This document shows positions 14,838 through 20,000 of a stretch of DNA of 20,000 bases, piece by piece. A model generated the notes under the pieces. The model did no database searches, had not been told where the DNA came from, and saw nothing but the letters and a program-made list of their open reading frames with translations. The translations under genes and the position numbers were made by a program. The DNA comes from an uncultured virus (IMG/VR IMGVR_UViG_3300025000_000080) (lineage: Duplodnaviria > Heunggongvirae > Uroviricota > Caudoviricetes), in the IMG/VR virus record IMGVR_UViG_3300025000_000080, positions 53,188 to 73,187 of that record; one strand, written 5' to 3'. Within the stretch, counting starts at the first letter, position 1. Every line of letters starts with the position of its first letter.

Positions 14838-15961
14838 AGCACCCTCCGATAGTATTCGATCAACTCTTCACGTGGGTCTGGCTTGTTGTCCACATGAAGG
14901 TTGTTTTCGTAGTCGTTGAGTACCAGTTGTCGGCACTGCTGCCTGGCCACGTACTCGTTATCTAGTTGTCGGGCAAAACGCCGCTCGAAGGTCGGCTTGT
15001 GGTCGGCTACCGGGTAGGTTTCAAGCAGGAAGTTCCGGTAAACGCGCCAGGATGTGAAGTTCTTCGGCAACTTCCGACACTTCATCATCTTGGCGTTCTT
15101 GCCGGTCTCCTGAGCGAACTGGATGCCCTTGATGCGTTTGCACAGCCGGTCGTAGGTCTTCGGCTCAAACTCCGGGAGTTCTACAAGACTTTTGAAGGAG
15201 CGCTCGTGAATGAGGCTCGAAACGCGCATCTCTGAAATGCCGAATCCCTTCTTGAACTGCCAGTCATAGACGCGGGAGTAACGCAATCCGTTGATCGCAA
15301 TGTACTTCCACACGTCGCTGAAGTTCCAGTCGTAGATGGGGTAGAAGGCGATATTTCGCCCCTTCTGAGTGCCCCAGTAGACATCCTGACCTGCCACCGT
15401 GACCGGGTTCTTGGTGACGGCGCGCCACCGGTTGGGGGACTCGCCAGCAGCTCGTAGGCCGACCAGAAAAACTGTGTTCTCATAGCAGGCTTCGAAGTTG
15501 TCGATCACGCCGTAGAAATCCAGCCAGGAATAACCTGTTCGGAATTTAGGAGGCCCAGCCCATGGAGGAGCCTTAATATTCCCCTCCCCTTTGGAACGCA
15601 TCCAGATCTTGTGTTTGCCTGGCTCCCATGCCTGTAACTGGCTCTCTGTCAAACTGGTGGCATTGGTCAGGTAGAACGGCACCTGAAGCCATAGGCGATT
15701 ACAGTTCTCCGGGAACAGGCTCATCAGGTATTCGACCTGGTCCACAGAACTCTGGTACATGGCCTCCTCGTCGAGTAGGAACAGGCCCACCTTGCGCCCG
15801 CGTCGATATGCCTCGAGCAGCGCCAGATGAGCAAGCACCGTCGAGTCCTTCCCTCCACTGATAGAAACGTGGATTGTCTCGTAGTGATCGAAGAGAAAGG
15901 CGATGCGCTCCCTGGCAGCTTCCAAAACCGTCTTATCGCTGTATCGCTGAATAGCAGGCAT
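14834..15961 (-). CDS. IbrA/YbdN-like PAPS-reductase-family PP-loop protein (copy 1)
   Basis: SISGGKDS, LLDEE, GLRAAGESPNR, YPIYDW, RVSSLIHE. Confidence 0.88.
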   Translation of the reverse strand: MPAIQRYSDKTVLEAARERIAFLFDHYETIHVSISGGKDSTVLAHLALLEAYRRGRKVGLFLLDEEAMYQSSVDQVEYLMSLFPENCNRLWLQVPFYLTNATSLTESQLQAWEPGKHKIWMRSKGEGNIKAPPWAGPPKFRTGYSWLDFYGVIDNFEACYENTVFLVGLRAAGESPNRWRAVTKNPVTVAGQDVYWGTQKGRNIAFYPIYDWNFSDVWKYIAINGLRYSRVYDWQFKKGFGISEMRVSSLIHERSFKSLVELPEFEPKTYDRLCKRIKGIQFAQETGKNAKMMKCRKLPKNFTSWRVYRNFLLETYPVADHKPTFERRFARQLDNEYVARQQCRQLVLNDYENNLHVDNKPDPREELIEYYRRVL

Positions 15962-16799
15962 CCAACTTATCCCTCCAATCCGTATACCGTTGCAGATACC
16001 ACTGATCTACCGGCAGGTCCGTGCTGAGTACATCAAATCGGTCCTGGCCCGTCGTCCAAAGGAAGTCGGTGAAGTCGATGTATCGATGGCACCACTCGAA
16101 GATGGCGTATTCCCGCCCGGGCTGGGCGTTTTCATAGGTGGTCAGGCTGGGCTCGTTGAAACGCCCGTTACGACAGACGTACTGCCTCGAAGGATCCATA
16201 GCACCCAACTTGGGCCGGCCGGTAAACAGGTGCAGGTTGCGTGGTAGCGTGTGGGGGTCACTGGCACCCAGGTTGGCGAACAGCCGCTCCTTCTCGGCCA
16301 GGTAGCGGGCACGGAACGAGGGCGACACGCGGACGTCGGTGTTGCTGAACTCGAGCCGTCGAGGTGCCACCTCCAGCCGTGCTTCCTCGAGCGGCAGGTC
16401 CGCGAACTTCGACCGCTTCCACCGGCTCTGAGTGTCAAAGTCGAAGAGGATACTGAAGTCCTCTGCGGTGTCGATCAGCGGTAGGTATTGGAACACCAGT
16501 ACATGCCCGGCCTGGTTCAAAAAGTGGCGGATGCAATTATAGGTCAGGTCGTGCCGGTTCTGCGTCCGCAGGCACTCGTTGACTACAACCAGCGTCCGTT
16601 TGTCTATCTCCTGCAGAAGCCTATAGAAGTAAGCGTATTGGATGACTTGTTCATAAGTCACCACTTCGTAGCGACTGTGAGCGCAGGGAAACTCTCTGCC
16701 AATCGTCGAGATGATAACCACGCGGTTGATATCCTCGCGCTGGCAGAGTTCCCCGACCACGCGAGATTTCGAGGCGGTGTCGAGTCCGATGTGGATCAC
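15933..16799 (-). CDS. Hypothetical protein resembling a degenerate SNF2/SF2 N-terminal lobe
   Basis: VVTYE, LVVVNECLRTQN and LVFQYLPLID align by eye to SNF2 motifs Ib, II and III; GTGA overlap start. Confidence 0.55.
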   Translation of the reverse strand: MIHIGLDTASKSRVVGELCQREDINRVVIISTIGREFPCAHSRYEVVTYEQVIQYAYFYRLLQEIDKRTLVVVNECLRTQNRHDLTYNCIRHFLNQAGHVLVFQYLPLIDTAEDFSILFDFDTQSRWKRSKFADLPLEEARLEVAPRRLEFSNTDVRVSPSFRARYLAEKERLFANLGASDPHTLPRNLHLFTGRPKLGAMDPSRQYVCRNGRFNEPSLTTYENAQPGREYAIFEWCHRYIDFTDFLWTTGQDRFDVLSTDLPVDQWYLQRYTDWRDKLDACYSAIQR

Positions 16800-17146
16800 G
16801 GCTTCACCCACCAGGAACTGATTCTATTCCCTCTTCCCTGGAGTATGAATCCGGCGGCAGAGAACGCCCGCTGAGAAGCCTCGTTGGTGTCCTCGATCAG
16901 GGCGCGCGCCTTTTTACCTTTCGTCACTGATGCGACAAAGGCGCTGCAATAGCCCTTGCCGCGATAGTCCGGATGAACCCATATCGGACCGACGCGGAAA
17001 AAGCCAGACTTATCCACATGTGGGCAGTAAACACCTATCGGGCCCCCGTTGAACTCAAAAACTATGTCCACTTGGGCGATCTTGCGGGCGAAGGACCTCA
17101 AAAAATACTCGCGCCTTATCAAGACCATCCAAGCGTCATGGATCAT
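16796..17146 (-). CDS. GNAT-family acetyltransferase
   Basis: IWVHPDYRGKGY (motif A) and NEASQRAFSAAGF (motif B); GAGGAG RBS. Confidence 0.85.
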   Translation of the reverse strand: MIHDAWMVLIRREYFLRSFARKIAQVDIVFEFNGGPIGVYCPHVDKSGFFRVGPIWVHPDYRGKGYCSAFVASVTKGKKARALIEDTNEASQRAFSAAGFILQGRGNRISSWWVKP

Positions 17147-17789
17147 ACCGCTCCTCAACACGATACCCACGCCGCTCGAGCCATTTCAGCGTGATATCGA
17201 GCCTGTGTTGGGCCAACTCGCTGCCAATCAGATTCCACCCGAGAGCGTGAGCGGCCCGGCTTGTCATGCCCTTGCCGACGCATGGTTCGACGACCCACGA
17301 GCCGACAGGTGCCCATACACCTACGCATGCGCGCAGAGTCATCTCATCCTCCGACATCCCGGTCGGGTCGGTATGCAGGTCACGCATACCGAAGTGGAAC
17401 AGGGCATTCGGTCTTCCCGAATAGATGACCTCGTATCTGCGACGAAGAGGCATGAGCACCACATTGCGCTCGAGCGCCCGTAGCAGGTAATCGCTGTGCG
17501 CCTCATTGATCGACTGCTCAATGAGTAGGTCAAAGGCGCCGCGCTCCACCGCGAGCCCGACCACAGAGATGAATGCATCGAGAAACCGGTCGTATGACGG
17601 GCAAGGGGCCATCTGCGCATGCGTGCGCCAGTAGGTGGCATTTCCGGGATTCCACGGCGGGTCCGAGTATACCAGTCGTACCCGAGGCGGCATCAACCTG
17701 CGGTAATCCTCTATCGTCTGCGGGTCCTCCAGATCCCGACACATCAGGATCTGCGTGCAGTCGCGGAACGTGCATCTGTAATACATCAC
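17136..17789 (-). CDS. Small SAM-dependent amino-methyltransferase (beta-class DNA MTase-like)
   Basis: Motif IV VYSDPPW is N-terminal; motif I VVEPCVGKGMT and IGSEL are C-terminal. Confidence 0.75.
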   Translation of the reverse strand: MMYYRCTFRDCTQILMCRDLEDPQTIEDYRRLMPPRVRLVYSDPPWNPGNATYWRTHAQMAPCPSYDRFLDAFISVVGLAVERGAFDLLIEQSINEAHSDYLLRALERNVVLMPLRRRYEVIYSGRPNALFHFGMRDLHTDPTGMSEDEMTLRACVGVWAPVGSWVVEPCVGKGMTSRAAHALGWNLIGSELAQHRLDITLKWLERRGYRVEERYDP

Positions 17790-18079
17790 TCATCCCTCGT
17801 AAATCGCTCAGCCATCTCTCTGGTCTCAAACACGCCGGCATTATGCCCCTGCCGGTACTCTGTGATCGCCTCTTCAGTGTTCTCGGCATCCGCAAACGGA
17901 AAGCCGGGAATCGGAATGACGCACCCATCGCCCAATCCTGGGATGGTCGAGTAATCGAAGTCGACCCCGTCAACCTGCTCGACGATCCCATGGAAACCAA
18001 TCGCTTCGATGGTCTCCTCAATCTCCAACCGAAGATTATCCGGCAGAAGGGCCACTGCGCGTACAACAAGAAAACGCAT
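17786..18079 (-). CDS. Hypothetical acidic protein (97 aa)
   Basis: GAGGT RBS; coupled to its neighbours. Confidence 0.65.
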   Translation of the reverse strand: MRFLVVRAVALLPDNLRLEIEETIEAIGFHGIVEQVDGVDFDYSTIPGLGDGCVIPIPGFPFADAENTEEAITEYRQGHNAGVFETREMAERFTRDE

Positions 18080-18082
18080 ACC

Positions 18083-18247
18083 TCACCTCTGCCAGTCATC
18101 GTACCACCGGACCATCAGGGAGAACTCAGGTAGACCCCTCTCACGCTCGATCTTACGAGCCATCCGTTCGGCCACGTCAAACTTGACGTGGTAGTAATAT
18201 ATGCTCCCCGACGACGTCTCGATGTACCATGCTCCTTTTTCTCTCAT
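18083..18247 (-). CDS. Hypothetical protein (54 aa)
   Basis: TGATG overlap with the HTH gene (MREKGAWYIE...). Confidence 0.55.
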   Translation of the reverse strand: MREKGAWYIETSSGSIYYYHVKFDVAERMARKIERERGLPEFSLMVRWYDDWQR

Positions 18248-18447
18248 CACGTTTCCTTCCTGTGACTGCATACCTGTTTCGGCTGCCGGCGTCCCTTGCC
18301 CCGAGGTCTCAGCACATACTCTTCGAGGCACAAGGGGCACACATCCCAGTCCCGAGGGGGAACGGCACCGAGCACGCCGCGTTTACACATGTCCTGCACG
18401 ACTCGGATCGACGTCCCGAGTCGTGCCGCAACTTCTTGAACCGTCAT
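18247..18447 (-). CDS. Excisionase-like HTH_17 DNA-binding protein
   Basis: MTVQEVAARLGTSIRVVQDMCKRGVLGA...W pattern. Confidence 0.75.
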   Translation of the reverse strand: MTVQEVAARLGTSIRVVQDMCKRGVLGAVPPRDWDVCPLCLEEYVLRPRGKGRRQPKQVCSHRKET

Positions 18448-18450
18448 GGC

Positions 18451-18612
18451 CTAGTCTCTCGTAATCACCAACAAGTGACGAACCGGGATACCCGCGCAAC
18501 TCAACCTGCTGGCATTGAGACAGAATGTCCTCCAGTCGCGGATAGAATTAAGGTGAGGATACTTCGCGACATAGGCGAACCTGGCCGCATGCTGTTCCTG
18601 TGACAACATCAT
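18451..18612 (-). CDS. Hypothetical protein (53 aa, not in the ORF track)
   Basis: Own translation MMLSQEQHAARFAYVAKYPHL...ITRD*; exactly fills the gap after the GNAT stop; GGAGG RBS. Confidence 0.45.
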   Translation of the reverse strand: MMLSQEQHAARFAYVAKYPHLNSIRDWRTFCLNASRLSCAGIPVRHLLVITRD

Positions 18613-19029
18613 TCATTCCTCCAGTTTGAGTTCCATCGGGACCACCGTCCCAAACTTCCCTGTGGCCTTGAACCCCAGCGCCTCGAGCACCGGAACACTC
18701 GAGGCGAACGCCTTGATCCGGATTACCTTGACGCCCTTGGAGCGCATGAAATCGATCCGCTCGCTCACCAGTCGACTATACAGCCCGGCACCGGCATACG
18801 GCTGCATGACGAAGATCCCGTGAAGGTGACCGGTCGTGCCGACTATGTGACAGGCGCCTCCACCGGCCACCTTGTCACCATCCAGACCGAGGAACCAGAT
18901 ATAGCCCTCATCGTCGTGCAGATGGGGGAACTCCTTCCGGTACGCACGACCTGCAAAGACCGGTCCCATCAAGGACCAGAACCGAGGGGACCGACCTTCG
19001 AAGCGCTCAATCTTAATCTGGGTGGCCAT
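18613..19029 (-). CDS. GNAT-family acetyltransferase
   Basis: LHGIFVMQPYAGAGLYSRL (motif A-like) and SVPVLEALGFK (motif B); GGAG RBS. Confidence 0.8.
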   Translation of the reverse strand: MATQIKIERFEGRSPRFWSLMGPVFAGRAYRKEFPHLHDDEGYIWFLGLDGDKVAGGGACHIVGTTGHLHGIFVMQPYAGAGLYSRLVSERIDFMRSKGVKVIRIKAFASSVPVLEALGFKATGKFGTVVPMELKLEE

Positions 19030-19061
19030 GATGTATCTCCGATGTGATGTGGTATGGCTTA

Positions 19062-19090
19062 AATATACGCTTACGTATATTCGGCGTCAA
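19062..19090 (-). promoter_or_regulatory. sigma70 promoter overlapping a palindromic operator
   Basis: cctgTTGACG-17 nt-TATATT; perfect inverted repeat AATATACG-N4-CGTATATT at 19062-19081. Confidence 0.8.
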
Positions 19091-19097
19091 CAGGAAA

Positions 19098-20000
19098 TCA
19101 CACCGAAGCGACCAACTCAGCGAATTTTTTTTCGTCCTTCATCTCGCGAAGTTTCTTGACCTCACGTCGGAATGACTGGACCACACCTTGTTTGGTGGCC
19201 AGTGCATCCATGATTCGGAGATCAATGCCAGCGTTGCAGATGATGTCGATAATCGTGACCGGCATATCCTGCCCGATCCGGTAGTTGCGATCAGCGGCTT
19301 GCTTCCTCTCGCTGTATTTGAACCCGTTGTTGTAGAACACCATGAATCGGGCATCGTTGACTGTAAGACCGCGCCCGCCACTGGACGGGGTAGCAACGAG
19401 GAACCGGGCAGGACCACGGAAGCGCTCGAGTTCTTCATCTCGTGTCGCCGCGTTCTTACCGCAGAACAGAGAGACCTGGCTTGCTCCGTAGTGAGCGTTT
19501 AAGGCGCCCATAATCCCCTGTACGTCGTAGTCGAACTTGGCCCAGATGATCACCTTCTCATCGCCTGGAATCCGCGCCAGCACGTCCTGAAGCACCTCCA
19601 GACGATAGTGTGGCAGATCGATGTGCTCCATTTCGGGACGGTCGCGCCGGTTCTCTCGCGGTGGCCGTCGATTCCAGAAGCCACAGACGATCTGCTGGAG
19701 CGCCGTGAACAGCCGGAAGATGACCCACGAGTTCATCTCGTCCGGGTCCACGTCCATCAGGAGTTCATACTTCGCCTGCTGATACGTCATCTCCTGTTGT
19801 GGTGTCATTCCGAAATATCTCGTCTCGTACAATTTCTTGGGCAAGGTCAGACATTCGTCCTTCGTCACCTGATAGGTGAACGGCGCAATCTTCGCCGCGA
19901 TGTATCCGGTGTTGAGCGACCGAACGATCAAACCCGGGTACTTCTCACTGTACTCAAGATGATTCGCGGCAAAGCTGTAGAATGACCGATACCCGAGGAG
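19098..20000 (-). CDS. SNF2-family helicase/ATPase, C-terminal part (5' end outside the window)
   Basis: CLTLPKK, EKVIIWAKF, FLVATPSSGGRGLT and QAADRNYRIGQ (motifs IV-VI); frame open to position 20000. Confidence 0.9.
   Translation of the reverse strand, partial: LLGYRSFYSFAANHLEYSEKYPGLIVRSLNTGYIAAKIAPFTYQVTKDECLTLPKKLYETRYFGMTPQQEMTYQQAKYELLMDVDPDEMNSWVIFRLFTALQQIVCGFWNRRPPRENRRDRPEMEHIDLPHYRLEVLQDVLARIPGDEKVIIWAKFDYDVQGIMGALNAHYGASQVSLFCGKNAATRDEELERFRGPARFLVATPSSGGRGLTVNDARFMVFYNNGFKYSERKQAADRNYRIGQDMPVTIIDIICNAGIDLRIMDALATKQGVVQSFRREVKKLREMKDEKKFAELVASV

Noticed and set aside
13255..15961. Canonical Dnd/Ssp phosphorothioation or sulfate-assimilation cysH
   Set aside because: No cysteine desulfurase, DndD/E, SspB/C or cys genes in the window; the proteins fit the IbrA/YbdN type paired with ParB-like genes
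16796..19029. GNAT toxin-antitoxin modules
   Set aside because: No ribbon-helix-helix antitoxin directly upstream of either GNAT; both lie within a longer enzyme operon

Overview
This looks like part of a temperate phage or similar integrative element, most likely in its excised form. The left end has an attP-like site: the 3' half only of a tRNA-Thr(CGT), a terminator and CCGTAGCA repeats on both sides, next to an intact tyrosine integrase. From about 1.8 to 7.7 kb on the + strand is an array of small orphan ORFs. It is driven by near-consensus sigma70 promoters in two 'operator-promoter / HTH gene / operator-promoter' modules. Nearly every intergenic gap from 2.4 to 6.8 kb holds a covarying CCCG-loop-CGG(A/G) hairpin, often followed by a second hairpin just before the RBS. 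The - strand (20 to 7.7 kb) carries a candidate DNA-modification locus: a SNF2-type helicase (partial), two GNATs, a small beta-class amino-MTase, a degenerate SNF2-like protein and a tandem IbrA-like/IbrB-like (PP-loop/ParB-Srx) duplication. A second - strand unit includes a DpdA-like (TGT-fold) transglycosylase. No virion structural genes were recognised. All protein calls come from reading motifs by eye, not from database searches.
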